A stretch of 64,000 nucleotides of DNA from a virus: positions 1 through 64,000 of the IMG/VR virus record IMGVR_UViG_3300009130_000013; one strand, given 5' to 3'. The notes under the pieces are model-generated. The model had not been told where the DNA came from, made no database searches, and saw nothing but the letters and a program-made list of their open reading frames with translations. This document shows, one piece after another, positions 16,640 through 26,717 of this stretch. Positions within the stretch are counted from its first letter, which is position 1. Every line of letters begins with the position of its first letter. The position numbers and the translations under genes are program-made.

Positions 16640-17953
16640 ATGACAATAGACTGTAAATTCCTTGATCATGCTTTAGCTATACGTCCTAATGGAAGGGTGT
16701 TGCCTTGCTGTCGCTATACAGGAGATGAAGAAATACTTACTGATAATAGTGAATATAATAAAGAATTCTTGTTTAGTAGAGCTAAAGAACCTATGAAAAA
16801 AGGTAATTGGGCGTCTGGTTGTGAGAAATGTCACATACAAGAGTCAGCAGGTAATACTAGTATGCGAACAGAGTCTTTAAGGTTGTTTAATGATTTAAAT
16901 ATCTACAATTATCAGTTTATACGCGGTCCTAGACCCAATAATCCTAATATAGATGGTACATTAACGTTCTTAGAGATAATGATAGGTCGTTATTGTAATT
17001 TAAAGTGTCGTATGTGTACACCGGAGTTAAGTACAAGCTGGGACGAGGACATTAATAGAGATAATTCATTAATTAGTGAAATGTTTTATAATCCTAGTGA
17101 CTGGGAAGAGGCTAAGAAGCTACCTAAAACAGTAGATACAATGCTTAACTTAGATAAAGAAGCTTGTAAGGATCTAAACGAGATAAAAATTACAGGAGGT
17201 GAACCCTTTTTATCCGACTATCTTGACGAGTTTCTTCAACATCTAGTAGACTGGGATTTAGCACAAAATATTACATTAGATATATTCACTAATTGTACAT
17301 TTATACCTAAAGAAAAGTATATTAAAAACTTTAATAAGTTTAAAATGGTATTTCTTAATTTAAGTATAGATGGTATAGAAGAACGAGGTGAGTTTATTCG
17401 TAAAAAGAGTGATTGGAAAGCAGTAAGCAGTAATATTAAATGGTATTGCGATTATGCTCTTAATAATGAAAACATTTATGTAACTATAGCAACTACATTG
17501 GTCTTATATAATGTTTATTATTTAATTGAATTAATTAATTGGATTGATAACAATATTCCTGACAATATATTAAATGGACAAAATGAATTAAACTTTCTAT
17601 CGACAAATAAATGTTTTACGCCCACTCATTTAAGCATATACAATTTAAGTGTTGATAAAAAGAAAGAATTAATTAATAAATTAGAAAAAGATTTTAATTA
17701 CATTAATAAAGAAGTTAGCCAAGTAAAAAGAAGTAGTAAATTAGAAGGTGGCGGACAGTGGTCGTGGAATGTATATAGAATAATTAATCAAATTAAAGAT
17801 GATTTATCTAAAGGAATAGATAGTCGTAAAGGCAATAAAGCTAAAATTACTTCATTTAATTCATTTAATAAACGAGAATCTAAGTTAGATAAACTACGAG
17901 ATGAAGATTGGACTAAAGTATTCCCTGAATTAAAGGATTTTTTAAATGACTAG
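16640..17953 (+). CDS. radical SAM protein with N-terminal Twitch/SPASM-like domain
   Basis: PCC, CEKC, CNLKCRMC, TGGEP. Confidence 0.9.
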   Translation: MTIDCKFLDHALAIRPNGRVLPCCRYTGDEEILTDNSEYNKEFLFSRAKEPMKKGNWASGCEKCHIQESAGNTSMRTESLRLFNDLNIYNYQFIRGPRPNNPNIDGTLTFLEIMIGRYCNLKCRMCTPELSTSWDEDINRDNSLISEMFYNPSDWEEAKKLPKTVDTMLNLDKEACKDLNEIKITGGEPFLSDYLDEFLQHLVDWDLAQNITLDIFTNCTFIPKEKYIKNFNKFKMVFLNLSIDGIEERGEFIRKKSDWKAVSSNIKWYCDYALNNENIYVTIATTLVLYNVYYLIELINWIDNNIPDNILNGQNELNFLSTNKCFTPTHLSIYNLSVDKKKELINKLEKDFNYINKEVSQVKRSSKLEGGGQWSWNVYRIINQIKDDLSKGIDSRKGNKAKITSFNSFNKRESKLDKLRDEDWTKVFPELKDFLND

Positions 17954-18791
17954 GGATGATGTATTCAATAACGTTACATTATACTTGGTAACAATTCCAC
18001 AAGGAGCCGGAGGTGCTTTTTTAGGATATTTACAACGTGTTTATATGGGATTTAAGCCACCATTAGCAGAATCACAATTTCCTAAACTAAACAGATGGGA
18101 TGATGTTAGAGGTGCTTGGGTTGATGTACATCAAGTCTTTGCCAATGACAATGATAGATTTTTTCCATTTAAACTTGATGCTTTAATAGGTCCTCGAGCT
18201 TCAGTAAAAGAAAAGAATAATATATCAAAGAAATATAATGATGCTTTTACTATATGGTGGGATCATATATCTGGAAGAAACTACGAAACACACGATGGAA
18301 TTAATAAATTTATTCCCCCAGAGCTAATTGATGTTGATGAAAATATGATGAATCCACTTGCTGATTTTATCGCAACACAACAAATTCCTAGAACTTTAGC
18401 TGGTAATTTAGGTTACTTCTTTATTCAACATGAATATCTGTATGGAATAAACAAATATTTTAAAAAAGTAGAACACTTACTTACAATTGAATGTGATTTA
18501 GAAAGCCACATATATTGTAACAAATTAAAACGAATTAAAACAGGAATACAGAGTCTTGTAGAAGGTAGACCAGAATGTCATTTCGATAATCAAGCAAGAT
18601 CTAATAAAGAGTTTCCAGCTAAAATTAATATTAACTATAATAAATTCTTTTTTGAACAAGATATGAATGAAATAGAAAAGTTTTTAGTAGGAACACTACC
18701 AATTAATGATGTTAATCAAGAAAGATTAGACCCTATAGTTGATATGATTAAAACATATACAAAATTAAATAAGGAACTTTTAAATGAGTAA
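17946..18791 (+). CDS. PxGAG-family protein (possible sulfotransferase-like P-loop fold), paralogue 1
   Basis: IPQGAGGAFLGYLQ; C-terminal MIKTYTKLN. Confidence 0.6.
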   Translation: MTRDDVFNNVTLYLVTIPQGAGGAFLGYLQRVYMGFKPPLAESQFPKLNRWDDVRGAWVDVHQVFANDNDRFFPFKLDALIGPRASVKEKNNISKKYNDAFTIWWDHISGRNYETHDGINKFIPPELIDVDENMMNPLADFIATQQIPRTLAGNLGYFFIQHEYLYGINKYFKKVEHLLTIECDLESHIYCNKLKRIKTGIQSLVEGRPECHFDNQARSNKEFPAKININYNKFFFEQDMNEIEKFLVGTLPINDVNQERLDPIVDMIKTYTKLNKELLNE

Positions 18792-19014
18792 TTTAGATTT
18801 ACATGGTTATTATGTACATGATGCTTGGATAGAGTTTAAAAGTTTTATTAATGAACAAAAACATTTAAAATACGTTACAGTAATCACTGGGAAAGGAAAA
18901 ATACAAGAAGAATTTCAACATTGGGTTAATACAAATCCAATATTAAAATCCTGCGAGTTACTTCCAACAGGTGGTGCTTATAAAGTATACTATAAAAAGG
19001 ATAAAAACAAATGA
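18784..19014 (+). CDS. stand-alone Smr-domain protein
   Basis: LDLHG, VITGKG and GGA motifs. Confidence 0.85.
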   Translation: MSNLDLHGYYVHDAWIEFKSFINEQKHLKYVTVITGKGKIQEEFQHWVNTNPILKSCELLPTGGAYKVYYKKDKNK

Positions 19015-19682
19015 GAGAATTTACATTATACCCACACGGTGGAGGTCGGAACTTTTTAGGTGCTTTACAGGTTGTTATAAGAGGTATGGAAAGTCCTAAA
19101 CAAATCCAGGCTGTAATAGAAGGTCGTAACTTGTTTGACGACACTTATCCACCTGTTAATTTTAATCCTGAGTTTTTTATTCGTACACCTTGGAATAAAG
19201 AATTAATTAGATGCCAAGAAGTATGGATAGAATATTTAAGTAAAAGACGTACACAAGCATCAGCTAAAAAACAAATAATTGATTTATTAAATGAATGTTA
19301 TCAAGGATCATTTCATTTAAAAACAGCATTACCTACAATAAGTCGTTATTCAATTGTTTGTATAGTAGAAAGTCAACTATTACATCAATGGTTAGACCAA
19401 TTAGCAACAATTAAAAAAGATTTAGAGAAATATACTAAAACAAATGTTCATGAGAGTAACTTATGCTTCAGTAACAACTTAGATCTATTACATACATATA
19501 GAGCTGACTGGAGTTTTTCTTATAGCGATATGTTTTTTGAGTTAAATACAACACTACACGAAGACTTCATAAAAAGGACTGAAGATTGTTTCAAAGTTAA
19601 GTCCGCAGTTGACCTTAATACAATTACAGACTTAATCAATAATTATAATGAAAGAAATCATCAAATATTAATATATGAGTAA
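19011..19682 (+). CDS. PxGAG-family protein, paralogue 2
   Basis: YPHGGGRNFLGALQ; C-terminal LINNYNERN. Confidence 0.55.
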   Translation: MREFTLYPHGGGRNFLGALQVVIRGMESPKQIQAVIEGRNLFDDTYPPVNFNPEFFIRTPWNKELIRCQEVWIEYLSKRRTQASAKKQIIDLLNECYQGSFHLKTALPTISRYSIVCIVESQLLHQWLDQLATIKKDLEKYTKTNVHESNLCFSNNLDLLHTYRADWSFSYSDMFFELNTTLHEDFIKRTEDCFKVKSAVDLNTITDLINNYNERNHQILIYE

Positions 19683-21006
19683 AACATTTTGCCCAATTCC
19701 TTGGATATTCCAAGCAGTTAGAAATAACGGTGACATAAGAGTATGTTGTCAAGCTAACGTAACGCCTAATCAAGGTGTTGTACGACATTCTGATGGCACT
19801 AGTTATAATGCTGGACGAGATTCATTTGATGAAGCCAAAAATGCTGAATTAATGAAGATAATTCGTAAGAATATGTTAGCAGGTCGCTGGAGTGAAGAGT
19901 GCGGTCGCTGTAAACAAGAAGAAGAAGCAGGATTACAAAGCAGACGCTTGTACGAAAGAGAACATTGGGATTATTCATTTGATCAAGCATTAAAAGAAAC
20001 AGCTATCGATGGAAGTATAACAGTTCGTAATCAATATTACGATTTACGCTTCGGTAATATGTGTAACTTGGCTTGTAGAATGTGTGGACCTACAGATAGT
20101 CATACATGGTATGAGCAATGGTTAGGTTACCACGGTGGAACAGGGTACGAAGATACACACGGTAAAGTTGAGCTTACTCGTAATGCTAAAGGTAGATTAA
20201 CAACTACTGACTACGATTGGCATAATTCAGAAACATTTTGGGAACAAATAGAAAAGAATATTCCTTATATTGAACACGTTTATATGGCAGGTGGTGAACC
20301 TATGATGATTGAACGTCATTATGAATTCCTACAACGCTGTATTGATAGTGGTCATGCTAAAAATATAATGATTGAATATAATACTAATATGACAAGTCTT
20401 CCACCTAGAGTATTAGAAATGTGGAAAGAATTTAAGCAAATAAGAATAGGTGCTAGTATAGATGGAATGGGAGATATGTTAGAATACCAACGTTGGCCTA
20501 TTAAGTGGAGACAAGCTAAAGTTAACCTAGAAAAAGTAGACAACTTACCTGATAATGTTATAGCCTGGATAGCCTTTACAGTTACAGCATATAATATATT
20601 TCATTTACCTGAATTTATGATGTGGAAGTTAAAAGAGTCTGGATATAAAAAGATTAATTCAAGTTCAGCAAAGCCTATTATAACACATCACGTAGCACAT
20701 GGACCTAAACGTGCTAATATTAGATTATTAAATAAAGAATTAAAACAAGATGTACACGAGCATTATGATTATTATAAGAATAAATTAGCAAAAGACGAAA
20801 CAATTGATTCTAATATTAAAAAGAAATTCAATAAAATATTAGATAGTGTAACAAACTATATGGATGCCGAAGACTATTCAGAAAAAATACCTGAATTTAT
20901 TAAGTTTACAAAGTATTTAGACCAAGAAAGAAAACAAAACATACTAATGGTTACACCGCAGTACAAGGAAATGTTTGATGAAAATAGGACCACAGGAACC
21001 AAGTGA
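19675..21006 (+). CDS. radical SAM protein with N-terminal Twitch/SPASM-like domain
   Basis: FCPIPW..VCC..CGRC; CNLACRMC; AGGEP. Confidence 0.92.
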   Translation: MSKTFCPIPWIFQAVRNNGDIRVCCQANVTPNQGVVRHSDGTSYNAGRDSFDEAKNAELMKIIRKNMLAGRWSEECGRCKQEEEAGLQSRRLYEREHWDYSFDQALKETAIDGSITVRNQYYDLRFGNMCNLACRMCGPTDSHTWYEQWLGYHGGTGYEDTHGKVELTRNAKGRLTTTDYDWHNSETFWEQIEKNIPYIEHVYMAGGEPMMIERHYEFLQRCIDSGHAKNIMIEYNTNMTSLPPRVLEMWKEFKQIRIGASIDGMGDMLEYQRWPIKWRQAKVNLEKVDNLPDNVIAWIAFTVTAYNIFHLPEFMMWKLKESGYKKINSSSAKPIITHHVAHGPKRANIRLLNKELKQDVHEHYDYYKNKLAKDETIDSNIKKKFNKILDSVTNYMDAEDYSEKIPEFIKFTKYLDQERKQNILMVTPQYKEMFDENRTTGTK

Positions 21007-21142
21007 ATATAACGAAGAACTTCTTACAGACGCCCACTATCCTGAAGATGGAATACAAGTAGTGGCTGAATACGACTTTGCTGATGCTCCTGAATGGGCA
21101 ATACCTAGAGAATGGGTGATGAGGAATCAATACGATTGTTAA
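20978..21142 (+). CDS. small acidic protein (54 aa)
   Basis: MKIGPQEPSEYNEELL...WVMRNQYDC fills the gap between two radical SAM genes. Confidence 0.45.
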   Translation: MKIGPQEPSEYNEELLTDAHYPEDGIQVVAEYDFADAPEWAIPREWVMRNQYDC

Positions 21143-21145
21143 AAG

Positions 21146-22186
21146 ATGTTTATAGATGTAGATAAAATAAAAGAATTAGAAGTAGAACTTTCTACTTATT
21201 GTAATGCTGGTTGTCCTGGTTGTAGTAGACATTGGTGGGGGACTAGTGATAAATTACCTAATTTAATAGAAGAACACCTTAGTATAGAAACTGTATCATC
21301 AGTAATATCACAAATTCCTGATCCTTCTATCTTAAAAATACAATTATGTGGTAACATTGGTGACCCAATGATGAACCCTAAGGTGTTAGATGGAATTAAA
21401 GAATGGATATTTGATTATAATGTTAAAGCTATTGCTATTGATACAAATGGTGGATTAAGAGGCGAAAGTTTCTGGCAGGAACTAGCTCAAATACCTAGAG
21501 TTTTTGTAACATTTAGCATAGATGGTATGGAAGACACTAATCACATTTACAGAGTAGGTGTTGATTGGAATAAACTGGAACGAAACTTTATAACATTTAT
21601 TGAAAATGGCGGAAATGCTGAATGGAAATTTTTGATATTTGAACACAACAAACACCAAGTTTTAGCCGCAAGAGACCTCTCAAGATATTATGGTTTTACT
21701 AGATTTGTTCCTAAAATGAGTATGAGAGAGCCAATGTCAGCAGTTGGTACCGGCAAATCATTAACTACAAAAGAAGCACAAAATATTAGAAGTGAAAAGA
21801 TTGACAACATAGATCATGGTGAAAATATTAGCTGTAAAGCATTAGATATTAAAAGAATTTATTTAAATGGCGAGGGTAGAATATGGCCTTGTTGTTATAC
21901 AGCACAACGTTACATGAAAAGCCAAGCATTTTATCCTAAACAGTTTCAAGAGAAGAATCCATACCTATTTGGATGGTATGAAAAGGGATTTAATAAAGCA
22001 AAAGATCATAGTTTAAAAGATATATTAAATCACGAAGCCTTTGCTCATATTAAAAGCGAATGGGAAAATAAAATTGATTGTGAATATAAAGTTTGCTGGG
22101 ACGTATGTAAAGGCCAAAGTTGGGAAATGAACAACGACATAGATCAATTTGACCAACTTGGAGCAGACTGGGGTGGTAATCCGTGA
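21146..22186 (+). CDS. radical SAM protein with C-terminal SPASM/Twitch domain
   Basis: CNAGCPGC; C-terminal SC..G.IWPCC..CWDVC. Confidence 0.9.
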   Translation: MFIDVDKIKELEVELSTYCNAGCPGCSRHWWGTSDKLPNLIEEHLSIETVSSVISQIPDPSILKIQLCGNIGDPMMNPKVLDGIKEWIFDYNVKAIAIDTNGGLRGESFWQELAQIPRVFVTFSIDGMEDTNHIYRVGVDWNKLERNFITFIENGGNAEWKFLIFEHNKHQVLAARDLSRYYGFTRFVPKMSMREPMSAVGTGKSLTTKEAQNIRSEKIDNIDHGENISCKALDIKRIYLNGEGRIWPCCYTAQRYMKSQAFYPKQFQEKNPYLFGWYEKGFNKAKDHSLKDILNHEAFAHIKSEWENKIDCEYKVCWDVCKGQSWEMNNDIDQFDQLGADWGGNP

Positions 22187-23130
22187 CACATATATACAAA
22201 CACAGCGTAATTCCTAAAACAATGCCAGAGGAAGAAGTATTTGAAAATGTTACAATATACCTAGTAACGTTTCCAGAAGGTGCTGGCAATTCTTTTATGG
22301 GATATTTACAACAAGTGTATGGTGGAGACTCTGGCTTTAAACCGTTATATGTTGATAAAAATATTTCTTGGTCAGGAAAATTTAAGACTGGTATTACTAT
22401 TTTTAATCTTTTCCCCATGGATAGTTTTTTACACCCTGATGTTGAGGGATTAAAGCCAACAGTTATAGCTCCAAGGGTAAGTATAGGAGGCAATGAAGGT
22501 GACCCTTCTTTAGCAAAAAAAATACAAGACCTTTGGGGTATAAGTTCTACTGTATGGCTTAACGATCATCCTACTGAGAGTCGATCTGAAAGGCGAAAAG
22601 AATGTATGTTTCGATTAGCTCGAATTATAGGTTCTCAAACATTCAAAAAATATAGAACTCTTAACGGAAACATTGGTGCTATATTATACTCTCATTATGC
22701 TCCATACGGAGTTGAAGGTATAAACAAATATTTTAAAAATGTAAAACACTTACTCGCAGTTAATCCTGGTGATGTAGATACAGCAATTTATTGTGAAAAT
22801 TTAAAATACACCAAAAAAAACAATTACTCTACTAATCCAAATGAAAGACAAATACTTGATAAAGCAAAATTTGTAGTAGAAACATACGAAAGTGTTCTTA
22901 AACATAATCCAGCTGAAGTTAATATAGATTATAAGAAGTTCTTTTTTGACAGAGATGAAGACGAAATAAAGAAATTTCTACAAGCTACGATGGATATTGA
23001 AGAATTTGATAACACAAAACTTAATATTGTAAGCGACATGATTAAATCATATACAAAAGTTAATATAGAATTGTTAAAAGACGTAACACTTTCTCCTGAA
23101 TTTCGAGACGTGTTAAGGAATATATCATGA
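22183..23130 (+). CDS. PxGAG-family protein, paralogue 3
   Basis: FPEGAGNSFMGYLQ; MIKSYTKVN. Confidence 0.6.
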   Translation: MTHIYKHSVIPKTMPEEEVFENVTIYLVTFPEGAGNSFMGYLQQVYGGDSGFKPLYVDKNISWSGKFKTGITIFNLFPMDSFLHPDVEGLKPTVIAPRVSIGGNEGDPSLAKKIQDLWGISSTVWLNDHPTESRSERRKECMFRLARIIGSQTFKKYRTLNGNIGAILYSHYAPYGVEGINKYFKNVKHLLAVNPGDVDTAIYCENLKYTKKNNYSTNPNERQILDKAKFVVETYESVLKHNPAEVNIDYKKFFFDRDEDEIKKFLQATMDIEEFDNTKLNIVSDMIKSYTKVNIELLKDVTLSPEFRDVLRNIS

Positions 23131-24284
23131 ATGATTTAAAATGGAGCAATTACGACTTTACTAAAATACCTTATGATGATTTAGTAAGAGTAGGACAACG
23201 TACTATGTTATATCGAGATATGTTTACAGTATCTTGGTTACTAGGACGTTTTTGTAACTATAAATGCTCGTACTGTTGGCCTTATGCTCGGAGTGATAGA
23301 AAAGATCATAGACCGACTCAACTATGTTTACAGACAATAGACGAAATAAAACGGCAGGCAAGAGAACGAGGATTTAATAGTTTCCACTTTAGTTTAAGTG
23401 GAGGCGAACCCACATTTCACCCAGGTTACTTAGATATAATGAAGCACTTGGCTGATGATGTGGGTAATACAAACTTTACTAGTGTACACATGACTAGTAA
23501 TATATCTAGAAATATGAAATGGTTTGAAGAATATGTTAAAATTGTATCATCGTTCCATAGAGCCAGTATTACGGCTTCATACCACAGGGAACACGTTAAC
23601 ACACAAGAGAAAAGAAAAGAATTCGCAGATAAACTTTGCTTTGTCCAAGAACACGACGTCCAAGTCACAATTAACCAAGTCATGGTCCCAGAATGGTTTG
23701 ACGAATTATACGAGGAGTCATTATATTTCCACGGCAGAGGCATTAATGTTACGCTCAAGCCTCAATCAGATCCTACAGCGTCAAAAGTCGTTGAAGGCTA
23801 CACGGAAGAGATGCTTGAGAAGTTACACAACGGAATGCCACAAAGAGCATTCACTGAATCTAAAAATATAAATGTAGTAAGACCAAAACCTCAATTTATG
23901 AGGGCACCAGACCCTATATATAAAAACTTTGATGAGGATAGTATACCACAACATTTTCAAGTTGAATTTAAAGACAGTAAACACAAAGAATGGTACATGG
24001 ACCAAGCAGAAAGGTTTAATGCTTTTAACTTTAACAAATTCACAGATTGGGAGTGTAGTTCAGGTTATCGTAGTATCATAATCAGAGAACCAGACGGCAG
24101 TATAAAAAGAAGTTACAGTTGTATGGATGTTCCACTAGGTAATATTGAAACAGGATTTAAATTGTTCAGTAAGCCTATGAAATGTATTAGCCCGTCTTGT
24201 GTAAGTTCAGCTGATAGTAAGATACCAAAACGTGCCCCTGGAACTAAACTACCACTATTTCCAGGAGACACAACATATGAATAA
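23127..24284 (+). CDS. radical SAM protein with C-terminal Twitch-like Cys cluster
   Basis: CNYKCSYC, SGGEP, C-terminal CSSG..SC..CISPSC. Confidence 0.9.
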   Translation: MNDLKWSNYDFTKIPYDDLVRVGQRTMLYRDMFTVSWLLGRFCNYKCSYCWPYARSDRKDHRPTQLCLQTIDEIKRQARERGFNSFHFSLSGGEPTFHPGYLDIMKHLADDVGNTNFTSVHMTSNISRNMKWFEEYVKIVSSFHRASITASYHREHVNTQEKRKEFADKLCFVQEHDVQVTINQVMVPEWFDELYEESLYFHGRGINVTLKPQSDPTASKVVEGYTEEMLEKLHNGMPQRAFTESKNINVVRPKPQFMRAPDPIYKNFDEDSIPQHFQVEFKDSKHKEWYMDQAERFNAFNFNKFTDWECSSGYRSIIIREPDGSIKRSYSCMDVPLGNIETGFKLFSKPMKCISPSCVSSADSKIPKRAPGTKLPLFPGDTTYE

Positions 24285-24753
24285 TTTAACAGTTGTACCT
24301 GTAGGAGCAGGTAGTAATTTTATAGGCTACTTACAGCAATATATGAACAAAGGAACATTAGCATCAGTTGATCTTAAAGCAAAAAGAAAAAAGAATTGTT
24401 GGAATGAATATAATATTAATTCAGACGTAGAGTTTTTTATAGATTGCGATAAAGATACATTTACCTGGTGTTATAAGTTAGCTAACATTAAAGAAAATAA
24501 AAAGATGGCTAAACAAAATGAAATTAACAAGTCATGGGATGACTATTTAGAAACTAAAGTAGAATATAGTTTAAAACTTACATCTTTTAACTATCTTGAT
24601 ATATTTGAAAGAGCAGATCCTAAAATTTGTGAAGAGTTTTTACGAAAATTATACACTAGTTCTAAACCTTTGTATCCTACGTTCAAAATAGATAATGCTA
24701 TTAATATGATTAAACAATATAACAAACATAACAAAGAAATATTAGCAAGATGA
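24277..24753 (+). CDS. PxGAG-family protein, paralogue 4 (minimal form)
   Basis: SD AGGAG; VPVGAGSNFIGYLQ; MIKQYNKHN. Confidence 0.6.
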   Translation: MNNLTVVPVGAGSNFIGYLQQYMNKGTLASVDLKAKRKKNCWNEYNINSDVEFFIDCDKDTFTWCYKLANIKENKKMAKQNEINKSWDDYLETKVEYSLKLTSFNYLDIFERADPKICEEFLRKLYTSSKPLYPTFKIDNAINMIKQYNKHNKEILAR

Positions 24754-25745
24754 ATGATGTAGCACATCCTAAATATGAAAGATTACAAGCATATAAAAAT
24801 ACATTTGCTAGTATAGAAGATTGGAATGAATTTGTAGGGAAACTAGGTTTAATAGAATTACAAAATATTACCGAAGAGCTCTGGTTATATTTGTTAGAAA
24901 ATAACGAATACAAAGCATTTAACAGTCTTCACAAGCAAAATCAAGCAAAGATAGATGTATTAGATTTTTATTGGAATGTAATACCAACTGGTGCTGGCAG
25001 TAGTTTTATAGGTGCTCTACAATCATATCTATTGTTTAACTATGAAGTACCAGATCCTAATAAACGAAAAAATAACTTATGGGACGACGAGTATGGTACT
25101 AGAATGACAATGAACTATCCTCAAGTTGAGAACAAAATAATTAAAGGTAATAGTGACTATCAAGACAAAATAGTATCTTCAGAAAGAATATTTCAAAGAT
25201 TATTTAACGGGTATGAAACTTGGTATACGTTATTTGAACAATATTATTCTACCCTAACAAGTACTATGACTCATAACGCTCAAAACTTTCGAGGGGCTGA
25301 AAAGGTATTTGTAGAATTTACTGTACACAATTATCTTTTATTATTTGAATTGTTTGGTAATTCTAAAATAAATCTGTTTATGGATTGTACCTGGGAAAGA
25401 TTTAAATGGTGTTATCTTTTAGCATTTTTTAAACATGAAGAAAAGGGAATAAACCCTGAATACAAAGTATCTGCTACTAGAAGAGCATGGTACTGTAAAA
25501 GGGCATGGGAAATATATAAAATAACAAAGCAGTATCACAAACCATTAATCACAATTGACTATGAATTACTTTTTATACATCAAGATGAGGATACTATTAA
25601 AAAACTTATATATGAAACACTACAAAGAGACCCTACTGATAGGCAAATAGAATATTTAGGCAAACATTTAAATATGTATACAAACAGAAACAATAAAATA
25701 ATGGAAACTATCCCAACAAAATTATGGGATAAATTTACAAAATGA
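24750..25745 (+). CDS. PxGAG-family protein, paralogue 5
   Basis: IPTGAGSSFIGALQ; LNMYTNRN. Confidence 0.6.
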   Translation: MNDVAHPKYERLQAYKNTFASIEDWNEFVGKLGLIELQNITEELWLYLLENNEYKAFNSLHKQNQAKIDVLDFYWNVIPTGAGSSFIGALQSYLLFNYEVPDPNKRKNNLWDDEYGTRMTMNYPQVENKIIKGNSDYQDKIVSSERIFQRLFNGYETWYTLFEQYYSTLTSTMTHNAQNFRGAEKVFVEFTVHNYLLLFELFGNSKINLFMDCTWERFKWCYLLAFFKHEEKGINPEYKVSATRRAWYCKRAWEIYKITKQYHKPLITIDYELLFIHQDEDTIKKLIYETLQRDPTDRQIEYLGKHLNMYTNRNNKIMETIPTKLWDKFTK

Positions 25746-25990
25746 GATATGAATTTGAGGACTATCGCAAACCTAAAAAAGAACCTGAGCTAGAATCGTG
25801 GCCTTTTTGGGTGTTACCTATTGAAAATGTTAGAGGGTATTTTATAAGATTCTTTCTTTTATTGTTTATTTTACCAATAGCTTTCACTGGCTACTTGTTT
25901 ACACCGGCCACAACATTTATGTATTTTATAATATTTGATTTAGCTGAATACTGGAAAGTAAAACGTGGTAAAGGAATGTTTGAACCATAA
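25742..25990 (+). CDS. small membrane protein
   Basis: Two hydrophobic segments. Confidence 0.6.
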   Translation: MRYEFEDYRKPKKEPELESWPFWVLPIENVRGYFIRFFLLLFILPIAFTGYLFTPATTFMYFIIFDLAEYWKVKRGKGMFEP

Positions 25991-26026
25991 GATAAATACT
26001 GTTAAGCACAATAAAAGACTATCACT

Positions 26027-26296
26027 ATGAACAACCCATTTACCAAGCACCCGAAAAGTGTTAATGAATCTTACTTGGTACATTTGGTTCATGCCCTAAG
26101 ATTTGCGGCAGAATTTTACATATTACATTTAATAGTTATAGTTCATGCTTTCCTTCCTTTTTTATTCCAAACTACAGCTAGTGATAGGATTAGGAAACTA
26201 ATCACCAAAATGGACCGTCAAGATCCGTCAAAAAACCCCCCAAAACCACGAAATCCGTCAATTTCCGACTGGAAACCACCCGTAAGAATACCATAA
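26027..26296 (+). CDS. DUF6356-like small protein
   Basis: FTKHPKSVNESYLVH...VHAFLPFLFQTTAS pattern. Confidence 0.65.
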   Translation: MNNPFTKHPKSVNESYLVHLVHALRFAAEFYILHLIVIVHAFLPFLFQTTASDRIRKLITKMDRQDPSKNPPKPRNPSISDWKPPVRIP

Positions 26297-26306
26297 AACC
26301 TAGTAA

Positions 26307-26375
26307 AATCAAGGGTTTATACCACCAAAAAAAGACGTAATTTCGGTTGACAGATTGGCCAAACGACTGTATACT
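26307..26375 (+). promoter_or_regulatory. early promoter with IHF-consensus site (copy 2)
   Basis: AATCAAgggtTTA 26307-26319; TTGACA 26347; 17 bp; TATACT. Confidence 0.8.
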
Positions 26376-26405
26376 ATGTAGTATAGTTAATAAAAAAGGA
26401 ATAAA

Positions 26406-26717
26406 ATGAAGTTAGATAGATTTACAATTTTTGCTTGTTTTTCAGCCGAAGAACAAGAACTCATATCAAAATATATTAGTCCTGACTGTGAATACAGCAG
26501 TTTTAAAAATATTCCTATGTCATTATATGACCAGATAACTAGATTGTTACCTAAGAAGAATAGAAGAATTAGATTTAGAGGTACAAGCAAATCAAATTAC
26601 AACAGGCCTAGAGACTTTATACATAAAGACAAGGCTGACACTTTCGCAATATATTACGACAACAACACAACATTACATTTAGGTGACCCTAGATACGGAG
26701 GAGGAGCAACAGTATGA
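26406..26717 (+). CDS. hypothetical early protein
   Basis: First ORF after the promoter; ATGA-coupled to the ligase. Confidence 0.7.
   Translation: MKLDRFTIFACFSAEEQELISKYISPDCEYSSFKNIPMSLYDQITRLLPKKNRRIRFRGTSKSNYNRPRDFIHKDKADTFAIYYDNNTTLHLGDPRYGGGATV

Noticed and set aside
22050-23871. Longer antisense or alternative-frame ORFs (22050..22493, 23426..23758, 23524..23871) and similar ones elsewhere
   Set aside because: They fully overlap well-supported genes and lack SD or motif support.
14865-24284. Assigning specific names (queE, moaA, pqqE) to the radical SAMs
   Set aside because: Only generic CxxxCxxC and Twitch/SPASM motifs are visible, and pathway partners are absent from the window.
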